From contig CAZKCV010000002.1 in assembly GCA_964551605.1 (NCBI GenBank), positions 8,500-72,499 of the forward strand: 64,000 bases of DNA. The letters are read 5' to 3'. Source of the DNA: an uncultured Gammaproteobacteria bacterium (GTDB lineage: Bacteria > Patescibacteriota > Microgenomatia > Daviesbacterales > UBA10151). Below the pieces are notes generated by a model, which saw only the letters and a program-made list of their open reading frames with translations, made no database searches and was not told the origin of the DNA. Positions 38,786 through 48,722 of this stretch are shown here, one piece after another. Position 1 is the stretch's first letter; the number at the start of each line of letters is the position of its first letter. The translations under genes were made by a program, and so were the position numbers.

Positions 38786-40252
38786 CTAATAATTCAAGGT
38801 CCCAGATTGAAAAGCCTGGGAAGTAAACTGCTTGGTATCTAACATGCCGGCACTTTGGGTAACTACCGGTAGGGTAAAGGAAAACTTACTTCCTTTGCCA
38901 GCTTCTGATTCCACCCAGATTTTGCCATGCAGCTTTTCAATAATGGATTTGGAGATATAGAGCCCCAAGCCGGTGCCCTTATTGGCCTTTTGTTCCGTAT
39001 TGGAAACCCTAAAGAATTTATTAAAAAGATGGGGAATGGCCTGTGGCGGGATACCGATGCCGGTATCTGAAACCGTAGTTTGGACTTCAGTAGGAGAAAC
39101 TTTGGTAGTAATTTCCACCTTGCCACCAGCATTGGTATAATTTATGGCGTTGGCTACTAAATTAGTAACCACCTCGTCTATCCTGATAGGGTCAGCCATG
39201 ACCTGAGGTAAATTGTCCGTCGGGTTCAAATTTAAGACAATCCCTTTTTGATTAGCCTGGCTTCTTAAATCATTAACTGTCTTAGTTAAGATGGGTAGGA
39301 AGTCAGTCGGTTGGGGAGTCACGGCCAGCTGTTCCCGTTCTATTTTATTGACATTTAACAAATTGGAAATTAAGGTCTGCAACTGTTGGGCTGCAGTAAG
39401 AGCTTTATGCAAAAGGTCATAGCTTTCCTTGGGGATATTTTTTTGGTTCTCTTCCAGAAATACTGATAGATAACCTACAATGCTGGTTAAGGGGGTTTTT
39501 AACTCATGAGAAGCCATGGAGACAAAATCCAGTTTCATCTGCTCCAGTTCTTCCTCTTTAGATAGGTCATGCAATATCAAGATGCAGTTTAGATTGGTTT
39601 GAACAGCAGCTGTCACCTGGGCAGTCATGACATGCACTTTTGTTTGTTTGCCCTGTTTTCCGATCAGCTTGGCAGTCTGATTGAAACTGCCCTGCGAATA
39701 AGCCTTTGATAGAATCTCTACGTTATCGGAAAAAAGGTGAATAATTTCATCAATTTTTTTGCCCTGTATTTCTGCCAGACTAAAATTTGTCAGCTCTTCT
39801 GCAGCTTTATTAAAGAATAGAATGTTTTTGTTAAAGTCTAAGGCGATAATGCCGTCTATGACGGAAGATAAAATTTCATTAAATTTATTCCTTTCGGCAA
39901 CGGCAGCTGCTTCCCGGTTCTCGATATTTTGGATAGTCCTGGCTATTTTTTCCGCCATCAGGTTAAAGGAGCTGCCGGCTTCTTCAAATTCATCCCCGGA
40001 TCTTAGATCCAGTCGTCGGCTTAGGTTACCGTCGGAAAAATCCCGGGCGCCTTTGATTAATGACTTAAGAGGTTTTAATACCCAGAATAAAAACAAAATA
40101 GCCAAAATAGCGCTGGCCACTGCTGCTGTAAGGTAAAGTATCGGGGTTAAAGGAAAAAATAATCCCATCAGGCCGGGAACCAGGGCTGCAAAGATAGCGG
40201 TTAAGCCCACTTTTAGATGAAGGGTTTTTTTAGGTTTGGCAGTTGGGGTCAT
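38786..40252 (-). CDS. sensor histidine kinase (TM-HAMP-PAS-HisKA-HATPase)
   Basis: Two N-terminal TM helices, HAMP, PAS-like region, H-box SHELKTPLTSI, N/G1/G2 boxes (GTGLGLYISK). Confidence 0.85.
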   Translation of the reverse strand: MTPTAKPKKTLHLKVGLTAIFAALVPGLMGLFFPLTPILYLTAAVASAILAILFLFWVLKPLKSLIKGARDFSDGNLSRRLDLRSGDEFEEAGSSFNLMAEKIARTIQNIENREAAAVAERNKFNEILSSVIDGIIALDFNKNILFFNKAAEELTNFSLAEIQGKKIDEIIHLFSDNVEILSKAYSQGSFNQTAKLIGKQGKQTKVHVMTAQVTAAVQTNLNCILILHDLSKEEELEQMKLDFVSMASHELKTPLTSIVGYLSVFLEENQKNIPKESYDLLHKALTAAQQLQTLISNLLNVNKIEREQLAVTPQPTDFLPILTKTVNDLRSQANQKGIVLNLNPTDNLPQVMADPIRIDEVVTNLVANAINYTNAGGKVEITTKVSPTEVQTTVSDTGIGIPPQAIPHLFNKFFRVSNTEQKANKGTGLGLYISKSIIEKLHGKIWVESEAGKGSKFSFTLPVVTQSAGMLDTKQFTSQAFQSGTLNY

Positions 40253-40295
40253 AATTTAAGCGTAACAAAAGTGGAATTTTGAATCAACAAGCTAG

Positions 40296-40369
40296 TAGCG
40301 CGTACGGGAGTTGAACCCGTGATTTTCGGAATGAGAATCCGACGTCCTAGGCCACTAGACGAACGCGCC
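40296..40369 (-). tRNA. tRNA-Glu (anticodon CUC)
   Basis: Reverse complement folds as a cloverleaf: acceptor GGCGCGU/ACGCGCU, anticodon stem UCGGA/UCCGA with loop UUCUCAU (U33, A37), T-arm ACGGG-TTCAACT-CCCGT, discriminator A. CCA not encoded. Confidence 0.7.
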
Positions 40370-40489
40370 ATGATTAAATTATATCATTTCTTGAGCCTGT
40401 GAGGTGTATTACTGAATAGCAATTGACAAGCGATCAAAATTAAGAGTAGAATCTGCTCAATTTGCTGCTTTCTGGCAGAAAGGTTTATT

Positions 40490-40978
40490 ATGTCTAAAAT
40501 CAATGAAAACCCGAAGCTTAAAAAAAGTGTTTATTTAACAGCTCAGGGTTTGGCAGATGCTAAGGAAGAGTTAGAGCTTTTGAAGCATACTAAAAGAGGG
40601 CAGATTGCCGAGATTATTCATCAGGCAAGGCAATACGGAGACTTGGCTGAAAACTCAGAATATGATGCTGCGCTAGAAGAGCAGGCTATGGTAGAAAGCC
40701 GCATCTCTGAACTGGAAAATATCTTAAAAAGCGCCAAGGTTATAAGTAATCAGCATACCGAGGATTTTGTGGTCATCGGTTCTACAGTCAAAATAGAAAT
40801 GGATGACGGGATTGATGAATTTACCATCGTAGGCAGGGTAGAAGCAGACCCTTCCAAAAAAAGGATCTCCAATGAGTCCCCCTTAGGTTCATCTTTGATA
40901 GGAGCTAAAAAGGGAGAGGTAGTTGAGGTTGCAACACCAATAGTAAGGTATAAGTGTAAGGTTCTCGATATAAGATGA
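40490..40978 (+). CDS. greA: transcription elongation factor GreA
   Basis: N-terminal coiled-coil (LTAQGLADAKEELELL...ENSEYDAA) and C-terminal FKBP-like domain. 162 aa. Confidence 0.85.
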   Translation: MSKINENPKLKKSVYLTAQGLADAKEELELLKHTKRGQIAEIIHQARQYGDLAENSEYDAALEEQAMVESRISELENILKSAKVISNQHTEDFVVIGSTVKIEMDDGIDEFTIVGRVEADPSKKRISNESPLGSSLIGAKKGEVVEVATPIVRYKCKVLDIR

Positions 40979-41056
40979 GAAGCGCAATTGTATCAAGAAC
41001 CTTGCCTTTTACTAAGGTAAAACGTAAAGTTTTAGAAATTAAATAGGAGTAAAATT

Positions 41057-42370
41057 ATGGCTAAGCAGTCCAATCAAGGAGCGTTAATAGAATTTAATCC
41101 CAAATTACCTAAACTTTCTCAAAACGAGAAAAAAGTTTTAAAACTGTTAGTGGAGGCTGCTAAGCTAATTGCCCCAATTTATCTGGAGCAAGAAAAACAG
41201 GCAAATAAGCTGGATAAAAGAGAGATTGAAAAAGCAGCGAAAAAAGATCCTTCTCTTCTGTCGCCTTATACTGTTGTTGAAAAAGTTGACGGAAAACTTA
41301 ATGCAGTTCCTTATCACATAAAATATGCAAAACTTCTAAAGCCGGTTGCTGAAGAATTAGAAAAAGCAGCAGGTATTACTGACAACAAGGAGTTTGGAAG
41401 AGCTTTGAAGTTGCAAGCAAAGGCTCTTTTAAATGGTTTTTATGACGAGGCAACTGTTGCCTGGTTAAAAATTAAGCCGTATGTTTTAGATATTTCCATA
41501 GGGCCAGTCGAGCATTTTGATGACGAAGTATTCTTTGCAAAAGCTGCTTATCAAGCTTGGGTAGGAACAGTCAATGAAGACGGAACAAAGAGGCTTAATT
41601 TTTACAAAAAAATAATACTAAGTGCAAGAAGAGAAGCTTTGATACTTGGAGAACGCTTGGATAATTACGAGAGGGTTAAAGCAAAAATAATTGATGTGCT
41701 TGTTTTTTCGGGACTTATGGCTAAAACAAAATTTGTGGGGGTAAACTTACCAATGAACCTTAATATTATTGAAAAGTATGGTTCAGAAGTTACACTTTTT
41801 AATCAAATTAATGACTTGAGGTTAAAAGAGCAAATATTGCCTACATTCAATAAAATTTTTTCACCGGCATTTAGGAAAGGATTTAGTGCGGAAGATTTGA
41901 GAAGAGGCAGCCGGTCCTATGTAGCTCTTCATGAATTAGCTCATAATTTTTTATACTATAAAAATTCTCCTAAGAACCTCCAAGATTTACTTCCCTGTAT
42001 TTATGAGCTTACAGCAACTCTTTTAGGAATGAGAATAGCAGGGTCGCTTCTTCTGCAAGATATAATTCCAAGTAAAAAACTAGAATCTATGATGGTGGCC
42101 TTTATATGCAGAAGCTTTGATCTTATAGAAAAGAGTAGGAAAGATAGCTCTATGGTTAATTATGCTTTAGGTGGTGCTATTTTTATTAACTTTATGCTTG
42201 AAAGTGGTGCATTAAAACAAAAGAAAGGAATGGCGATACCTAATTTTATGAGGATTTTTGTATCTTTACAGGAACTGTCATATATAATGGAGCGTTTACT
42301 TTCCTCAGGTACCAGAAATGATGCAGAGGTTTTTATAAAAAAGTACGGACAATTACGTAAAATTTTATAA
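41057..42370 (+). CDS. hypothetical protein with HExxH motif (possible zinc metallopeptidase)
   Basis: 437 aa. VALHELAHNFL HExxH motif with a Glu ~21 residues downstream. No confident family assignment. Confidence 0.45.
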   Translation: MAKQSNQGALIEFNPKLPKLSQNEKKVLKLLVEAAKLIAPIYLEQEKQANKLDKREIEKAAKKDPSLLSPYTVVEKVDGKLNAVPYHIKYAKLLKPVAEELEKAAGITDNKEFGRALKLQAKALLNGFYDEATVAWLKIKPYVLDISIGPVEHFDDEVFFAKAAYQAWVGTVNEDGTKRLNFYKKIILSARREALILGERLDNYERVKAKIIDVLVFSGLMAKTKFVGVNLPMNLNIIEKYGSEVTLFNQINDLRLKEQILPTFNKIFSPAFRKGFSAEDLRRGSRSYVALHELAHNFLYYKNSPKNLQDLLPCIYELTATLLGMRIAGSLLLQDIIPSKKLESMMVAFICRSFDLIEKSRKDSSMVNYALGGAIFINFMLESGALKQKKGMAIPNFMRIFVSLQELSYIMERLLSSGTRNDAEVFIKKYGQLRKIL

Positions 42371-42432
42371 AATTTACGGTTGGTTAAGAAGTAAGTTGCA
42401 ATACCTACACATAGCGAGTATAATTCCCGATT

Positions 42433-43248
42433 ATGGTTACATTCAGGGGGATAGAAAGCAGGGGGGCAAATCCAACGAGCGAAAGAGATTCTGTTAAAAA
42501 GAAAAATGGACATCGCGGGCCTACAACTATAGATTTTTTAGGCTCGGGTTATAGTGCAGACATTTTTTTTAGAGGCTCCTATATTGCAGAAGAAACTGAA
42601 TTGGCTCAAAAAACGGAAACGCTAATTGTAAAAGCAAATCTTTGGACTCCAGAGGTAGCAAATCAAATGGTAAAGATAGGTTTGAGCGGAAGAGATTCAC
42701 AGAGAACAAGCTGGATAGGCTTCAGAAGATTAGATGTACCTACGGGCGAATACGTCGGATTAGCATGGCAAGAAGAGGTTAATGTGCGTTCTGCTAGAGG
42801 AGATCGTAGACTACTTTATATGAAATTAAGAGCATTTGAACCAGAAGCCCAGGGGAAGCATCTGGGGAGGATAGCCATGCAATTAGCTCTCGGTGTACAT
42901 ACTGATGTTGAGTATATCGCACACAGAACAGGTAATCCTCTTTCAGTACGCTCTTGGTTGGAATCAGGCGTTTTTAATCATGGACTGCGTTTCCCTTACG
43001 ATCAACCATTTGCTAGGGATATTGAACTAACAAACTTACTGTTATGGGTTTATGACCGATTTAATACAGGGGGGAAAATGCCAAATCTATCTACCGGAGT
43101 AAGTATAGGTGATTACCTTGAACCAAATGGAGCTATCCCCGATCAGATACATGGTTCTGCTAAAGATACTCTTGAATGGATGACAGGAAGATTAAGGATG
43201 AATTTAGCCAGAGGAGATGCGTTATACGAAATTGGTAAACTTAAATAA
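42433..43248 (+). CDS. hypothetical protein
   Basis: 271 aa ORF with consistent codon usage and no recognisable motifs. Start uncertain. Confidence 0.35.
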   Translation: MVTFRGIESRGANPTSERDSVKKKNGHRGPTTIDFLGSGYSADIFFRGSYIAEETELAQKTETLIVKANLWTPEVANQMVKIGLSGRDSQRTSWIGFRRLDVPTGEYVGLAWQEEVNVRSARGDRRLLYMKLRAFEPEAQGKHLGRIAMQLALGVHTDVEYIAHRTGNPLSVRSWLESGVFNHGLRFPYDQPFARDIELTNLLLWVYDRFNTGGKMPNLSTGVSIGDYLEPNGAIPDQIHGSAKDTLEWMTGRLRMNLARGDALYEIGKLK

Positions 43249-43299
43249 AATTTTTGATCTCTCCTTTAAAAAACTTCTAGCTTCAGTTATACTTTAGCC

Positions 43300-44865
43300 A
43301 TGTATTGGGCTGACAGGGTAGCAAAGGAAATTATAGATTCAAAAAAGTATAAGCCGTACTGGGTAGATGATATGAAAACCCTCTCCGGCTATCCGACAGT
43401 CGGATCCTTAAGGGGCCCTTTAGTTCATGACTTTATTTATAAAGCATTGCTTAAGGCAGGGGTTGATGCGAAATTTACTTACATATTTAACGATTTTGAT
43501 CCTATGGATGAAGTTCCTCCGGAACTGAAAGAAAAATTCTCACAGTATTTAGGTTTACCTTTAAAAAAGGTTCCTTCACCCAAAGAAGGATATCCTAACT
43601 ATGCAGATTATTTTGCCGCAGATTTTGGAGAAGTTTTAAGAGGATTGGGGGTGGAAGCGGAATTCTTATCGTCTTGGAATATGTATCAAAATGGTAATTT
43701 TGATGGGGTTATTAGGGAAGCTTTAGATAATGCTGAAAAAATTCAGGATATCTACAGAAAAGTTTCCGGAAGTAAAAAAAGGGACATAGGCTGGTTGCCT
43801 CTGCAAGTTATTTGTGAGGAATGTGGCAAGGTAGGGACTACCAGAGTACATGATTGGGATGGGAAAACAGTTGCCTATATCTGTGAGAAAAATATGGTGA
43901 AGTGGGCAGAAGGTTGTGGTTTTACAGGTAGAATTTCGCCTTTCGGAGGAAATGGAAAATTGCCATGGAAAGTTGATTGGCCGGCACACTGGAAGGTTTT
44001 AGGAATTACAATTGAAGGGGCTGGGAAAGATCACTCATCAGCCGGAGGTTCGAGAGATATTGCAGCGGAGCTTTGTAAGCAAGTTTTCCATATTGAAAAT
44101 CCATATAATTTGCCTTATGAATTTTTCCTGCTTGGGGGAAGAAAAATGTCCACTTCGAAAGGTATCGGACTAAAGGCTCGGGATATCACAGAGTTGTTGC
44201 CCGCGTCAGTTGCAAGGTTTTTATTTTGCAGAAGCGATTATCGACAAACTGTTGAGTTTGAGCCAATCGGAACTATGGCTATTCCTGATCTTTTTGATGA
44301 ATACGACAGATGTTTTAAAGCTTTTATTGATGATTCAGACGAGAATTTATCCCGGGCTTTTGAGATGTCGCAGATTGGGGAAATCCCTCACAAAAAAGAA
44401 ACTCTTTTACCTAGATTTCGGGATGTAGTCAATTATATCCAAATGCCTAATGTGGATGTTCTTAAAAAGTATGAAGAAATTAAAGGTGCAAAATTGTCAG
44501 ATATAGAAATAAATCTAATAAATGAAAGAGCAAAATATGCCAAAATTTGGCTGGAAAAATATGCGCCGGAGGAGTTTAGAATAAAAATAAGTGAAAGTTT
44601 ACCTCAAAAAGTAAAAGATTTAAGCAAAGAACAAAAACAGTTTCTAAAAAAGGCAATTGATTTAATTGAAGAAAATGATGACCCGGAAAAATTGCAGCTT
44701 GCTTTATATGATCTGACAAAAAAACTAAAAGTTGACGCCAAAAAATCTTTTTCTGCTATTTACATGGCTTTAATAGGCAAAGAATTCGGTCCGAAAGCGG
44801 CCTGGTTTTTACTGCAATATCCTAAAGAACAGGTAATTAAACGTTTAGAGGAAGCGACAAGATGA
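43300..44865 (+). CDS. lysK: lysine--tRNA ligase, class I (archaeal-type LysK)
   Basis: Class I LysRS architecture with KMSKS-type motif (KMSTSKG) and Zn-binding Cys cluster (CEECGK...CEKNMVKWAEGC). 521 aa. Confidence 0.8.
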   Translation: MYWADRVAKEIIDSKKYKPYWVDDMKTLSGYPTVGSLRGPLVHDFIYKALLKAGVDAKFTYIFNDFDPMDEVPPELKEKFSQYLGLPLKKVPSPKEGYPNYADYFAADFGEVLRGLGVEAEFLSSWNMYQNGNFDGVIREALDNAEKIQDIYRKVSGSKKRDIGWLPLQVICEECGKVGTTRVHDWDGKTVAYICEKNMVKWAEGCGFTGRISPFGGNGKLPWKVDWPAHWKVLGITIEGAGKDHSSAGGSRDIAAELCKQVFHIENPYNLPYEFFLLGGRKMSTSKGIGLKARDITELLPASVARFLFCRSDYRQTVEFEPIGTMAIPDLFDEYDRCFKAFIDDSDENLSRAFEMSQIGEIPHKKETLLPRFRDVVNYIQMPNVDVLKKYEEIKGAKLSDIEINLINERAKYAKIWLEKYAPEEFRIKISESLPQKVKDLSKEQKQFLKKAIDLIEENDDPEKLQLALYDLTKKLKVDAKKSFSAIYMALIGKEFGPKAAWFLLQYPKEQVIKRLEEATR

Positions 44866-45452
44866 ATACGACTGATTTAAAAAAGATCTTAAAAGTTTTT
44901 TTGACACTGCAGTGGGCTAAAGAACTCCCCAGACAGGGTTTTATTGCCTTAGGCTTTAAAAGGAATGAGGCAGACTCAGTTGCCGCACATTCTTTTGTGA
45001 CGGCACTCCTTGCTTATTTTCTGGCCAAGCAACTACAAAAAGACGGGGTAAAAATAGATCCGGAAAAGGTTTTAAAAATGGGGCTTTTCCATGATGTCGG
45101 GGAAACCATAGTAGGGGATGTCGGAACTTTTGTTAAGGGTATGGCCGGAGGGGTGTTTAAAAATATTGAGGAGGAAGGGGTAAAGGCCTTGGTAGAAGGC
45201 TTGGATTCAAAGGAGGAAATTATCAAACTGGTGGAAGAATACAATGAAAGAAAGTCCTTAGAAGCAAGAGTGGTTAAAGCTGCCGATAACCTGGATGCCC
45301 TGGCTCAAGCCAAGGGTGTACCGGGAGCCCAGGATGCGCTAAAATATTTTAAGAGGGTTTATCATATTACCAAATTTGATTGGCATAAAAAGGCAGTTGA
45401 TTTAATTTTGAGTGGAGAGGTAGAACCCGGAAGAGAGTGGCAAAAAAAATGA
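44862..45452 (+). CDS. HD-domain phosphohydrolase (YfbR-like)
   Basis: H...HD motif (AAHSF...LFHDVGE...D). 196 aa. Confidence 0.65.
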   Translation: MNTTDLKKILKVFLTLQWAKELPRQGFIALGFKRNEADSVAAHSFVTALLAYFLAKQLQKDGVKIDPEKVLKMGLFHDVGETIVGDVGTFVKGMAGGVFKNIEEEGVKALVEGLDSKEEIIKLVEEYNERKSLEARVVKAADNLDALAQAKGVPGAQDALKYFKRVYHITKFDWHKKAVDLILSGEVEPGREWQKK

Positions 45453-45453
45453 T

Positions 45454-46686
45454 ATGTTAGATATTAATTATATTAAAGAAAATAAATCCAAAATTCAGAA
45501 GGTTATTCAAGATCGTGGCATGTCTTTCGATATCGATAAATTTCTAGTGGTTGATAATACCAGGAGAGATCTAATTCAAAGAGTTGATGATTTAAGAAGG
45601 GAAAGAAACAAAGCAGCTACTAATAAAGATATAGAATCAGGTAAGAAAATTAAGGGTGAGTTACAGAAATTTGAAAAACAATTAAAAGAAGTTGAATTAG
45701 AATGGAACAATTTAATGTTGTACATCCCTAACATCTTATTGGAGGAAGTACCGTTAGGAGATGCCAGTCAAAATAAAATTATCAGGAAAGAGGGAGAGCC
45801 GCCCAAGTTTTCCTTTAAACCCAAAGACCATATCGAATTAGGAAAACTCTTGAACATTGTTGATTTTGACAGAGGAGTGAAAGTTGGGGGATTCCGGGGG
45901 TATTACCTGAAAAATGAAGGAGCCAGATTACACTGGGCAGTTTTACAATTTGCTTTTGATTATTTGGTGCAGAAAGGATTTTCGCCGGTAGTTCCTCCGG
46001 TAATTAATCGTAGATTTGCATTAATAGGCGGGGGACAGTTTCCCTGGGGAGAAGAGGATACTTACAAAGTAGACGATGAAGACTTTTTAGTGGGGACTGC
46101 CGAAATTCCGTTGATGGCTATGCATTCGGATGAGACTTTTGATATTAAAGATCTACCCAAGAAATATGTTGGTATGTCAGCTTGTTTCCGGACGGAAATC
46201 GGCTCATATGGAAAAGATACCAAGGGTTTATACCGGGTGCATGAGTTTTATAAAGTAGAGCAGGTAGTTTTATGCGAAGCAGATGAACAGCAGTCTTTAG
46301 GTTTTTTTGAAGAGTTACAGGATAACAGCGAGTTTTTATTGCAGGAGATGGGACTTCCCTATCAGGTAGTAGCTTTATCTTCGCAGGACATGGGTAAAAA
46401 AGCTGCCATGACTTATGATATAGAAACCTGGATGCCGGGCCGGGAAGGTTACGGTGAAACCCATTCCAACTCCATGGTTTTAGATTTTCAGACCAGAAGG
46501 TTAAAGATTAAATATAAAGACAAAGACGGGAATGTTAAATTCTGTCATGCTTTAAATAATACCGCCATTGCTTCCCCCAGGATTTTAATAGCACTCTTAG
46601 AAAATTTTCAACAGGAAGATGGTTCAGTTAAAATCCCGGAAGTTCTACAAAAATACACCGGTTTTTCTGAGATAAAACCAAAATAG
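45454..46686 (+). CDS. serS: serine--tRNA ligase
   Basis: N-terminal coiled-coil arm, class II motifs (FRTEIGSYGKDTKGLYRVHEF, AIASPRIL). 410 aa. Confidence 0.9.
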   Translation: MLDINYIKENKSKIQKVIQDRGMSFDIDKFLVVDNTRRDLIQRVDDLRRERNKAATNKDIESGKKIKGELQKFEKQLKEVELEWNNLMLYIPNILLEEVPLGDASQNKIIRKEGEPPKFSFKPKDHIELGKLLNIVDFDRGVKVGGFRGYYLKNEGARLHWAVLQFAFDYLVQKGFSPVVPPVINRRFALIGGGQFPWGEEDTYKVDDEDFLVGTAEIPLMAMHSDETFDIKDLPKKYVGMSACFRTEIGSYGKDTKGLYRVHEFYKVEQVVLCEADEQQSLGFFEELQDNSEFLLQEMGLPYQVVALSSQDMGKKAAMTYDIETWMPGREGYGETHSNSMVLDFQTRRLKIKYKDKDGNVKFCHALNNTAIASPRILIALLENFQQEDGSVKIPEVLQKYTGFSEIKPK

Positions 46687-46689
46687 TAC

Positions 46690-46959
46690 ATGGCAACTAT
46701 CCAAGAATTAGAGCAAGAAATTAATAAGATTAAGGAAAGAAATAATAAGGTTGAAGTAGACAAAAATTGGGAAACAAGCTGGGCGAGAAAAATTATTATT
46801 TCAATATTTACTTATTTGGTAATTGCTCTTTTCTTTCTTTTTGCAGGAATTTTAAATCCTTTTGTTAACGCGATAGTTCCGGCTCTGGCTTTTATTTTAT
46901 CAACAGCATCCCTGCCCTTTTTGAAAAATTTTTGGCTGAAATATATTTATAAAAAGTAA
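46690..46959 (+). CDS. small membrane protein, hypothetical
   Basis: 89 aa, two TM helices. Confidence 0.3.
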   Translation: MATIQELEQEINKIKERNNKVEVDKNWETSWARKIIISIFTYLVIALFFLFAGILNPFVNAIVPALAFILSTASLPFLKNFWLKYIYKK

Positions 46960-47748
46960 TCATCCTTCCATTTTTGCAAATTGTCCAGTATTTCTAGATT
47001 TTTTAAACATGATATTAAAGAACCAAAGGGCAAACAGAAAGTAAATAATGTTAAGCAAAGATGCAATTCCGGCAAAATTCCAGTTTACAGAAGGATCTGT
47101 TAATGCATTCCTGGCAGCTTCAAATACATACGTTGGTGGAAGAGTATAGGCAATTGTTTTTAAGAAGTCAGGGAGAATTTTTAACGGAAAAAATGCTGCA
47201 GTTAAGGGTTGGAAAAGGAAGATTAACCCCCACGCAAGAGCTTGAATTCTTGTTCCAAACCTGAAAATAAGACCAAGGATCGCTATTCCGGTAGTCCAGG
47301 AAAATATAATTAAGTTAACAAAACCTAGAGAGAGGTTAATCACCCCTATAGAGAAGATATTAAAATTGAAGATCATTGTTGCTATAAGCGATATAAAGAT
47401 GAATGTAAAAAAGGCTTTTACTGTTGAAGAGAGCATATAAGCAAACATAAATTCTTTTAAAGATAAAGGGGTTATAAACATATTACTTAAATTCCTTGAC
47501 CATATATTCCATAAAGCCCCAACTGACATGGAATACTGACTAATGCGGATTATTTCCCACATCAGAATGCCCAGTAATAAATAATGTGCTGCGATAGGAT
47601 TTACCGAACCGGAAAGGAATAAAGAAACAAACCCAAACACGGTGACACTCATAATTGAGAAAAAGAATAAATCTATGATAATCTCAAGTGAGTTTTTGGT
47701 TATACAGTATTCTTGATATAAAATTGCTTTGATTCTGTTGCCTGACAT
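46960..47748 (-). CDS. ABC-2 type transporter permease
   Basis: 262 aa, 6 TM, immediately downstream of the ABC ATPase gene. Confidence 0.65.
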   Translation of the reverse strand: MSGNRIKAILYQEYCITKNSLEIIIDLFFFSIMSVTVFGFVSLFLSGSVNPIAAHYLLLGILMWEIIRISQYSMSVGALWNIWSRNLSNMFITPLSLKEFMFAYMLSSTVKAFFTFIFISLIATMIFNFNIFSIGVINLSLGFVNLIIFSWTTGIAILGLIFRFGTRIQALAWGLIFLFQPLTAAFFPLKILPDFLKTIAYTLPPTYVFEAARNALTDPSVNWNFAGIASLLNIIYFLFALWFFNIMFKKSRNTGQFAKMEG

Positions 47749-47750
47749 AA

Positions 47751-48668
47751 TTATTTACCTCTGGCAATTTCTAAAAAAACATCTTCCAGTGTTGGTTTTT
47801 CAACTTCAATATCCGTAATCCAAATACCCGTATTGCTAAGTCCGAATATTATTTTAGGAATTAGTTTCTCTTCTGTATTTATTACGACAGTATTTTTATT
47901 TAGGACTTCAAAATTCTGTTTTGCACCTTTTAAATATTCTTCAATTTTATCCTTTTGGCCATCGAACACAATTCTTAATTTTGCAAAAGGAATCCTTTTT
48001 GTTAAACCGAGTGGTGTATCTTGGGCAACTATTTTGCCGTGATCCAAAAAAATAACTTCGTCACAAATTCTGGTTACCTCTTCCATGTTATGACTTGTAA
48101 ATAGGATTGACAGCTCATGTGATTTCCGGAGTTTTTCTATTAAAGACAAAGTTTTATCTGCGATATCGGGATCCAAGGAAGCAGTTGGTTCATCCATTAG
48201 AATCATTTGAGGATCATTGAGTAAAGACTTTATTATATTAACTCTGGTTTTTTGTCCAGACGATAAGTCCCAATAGCGTTGAGGAAGCAGATTTGTGATT
48301 TCAAAATACTCCGCAAGCTCGGTTATTTTCTTCTCGGGTTTCTTTACTGCATAAAGGTATGCAAAAACTAAAAGATTTTCCCGGACAGAAATTCTTCCCT
48401 GGAGAGTATTGAAGGCAGAGGCAAAATTAATCCTTTGTAAGCAATACTGCTTATTTTTATAAAAGTCTTCACCAAAATATTTAATAGTGCCGCCATTAAG
48501 TAATGTAATTCCCAATAAGACTTGAATAGTAGTAGTTTTTCCGGCCCCGTTTGGACCCAATAAACCAATGACTTTTCCTCCGGGTACTATAAACGAGATA
48601 TCGTCAACTGCTTTGAAAGAGCCATAGTTTTTAACTAAATTTTTAACTTCCAATATAGGATCGGACAT
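47751..48668 (-). CDS. ABC transporter ATP-binding protein
   Basis: Walker A GLLGPNGAGKTTT, signature LSSGQKTRV, Walker B ILMDEPTASLD. Confidence 0.85.
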   Translation of the reverse strand: MSDPILEVKNLVKNYGSFKAVDDISFIVPGGKVIGLLGPNGAGKTTTIQVLLGITLLNGGTIKYFGEDFYKNKQYCLQRINFASAFNTLQGRISVRENLLVFAYLYAVKKPEKKITELAEYFEITNLLPQRYWDLSSGQKTRVNIIKSLLNDPQMILMDEPTASLDPDIADKTLSLIEKLRKSHELSILFTSHNMEEVTRICDEVIFLDHGKIVAQDTPLGLTKRIPFAKLRIVFDGQKDKIEEYLKGAKQNFEVLNKNTVVINTEEKLIPKIIFGLSNTGIWITDIEVEKPTLEDVFLEIARGK

Positions 48669-48722
48669 AATTTAGTTTATTGTACGCTAAGAGTATATAT
48701 TGAAACAATAATGGAGGGAATT

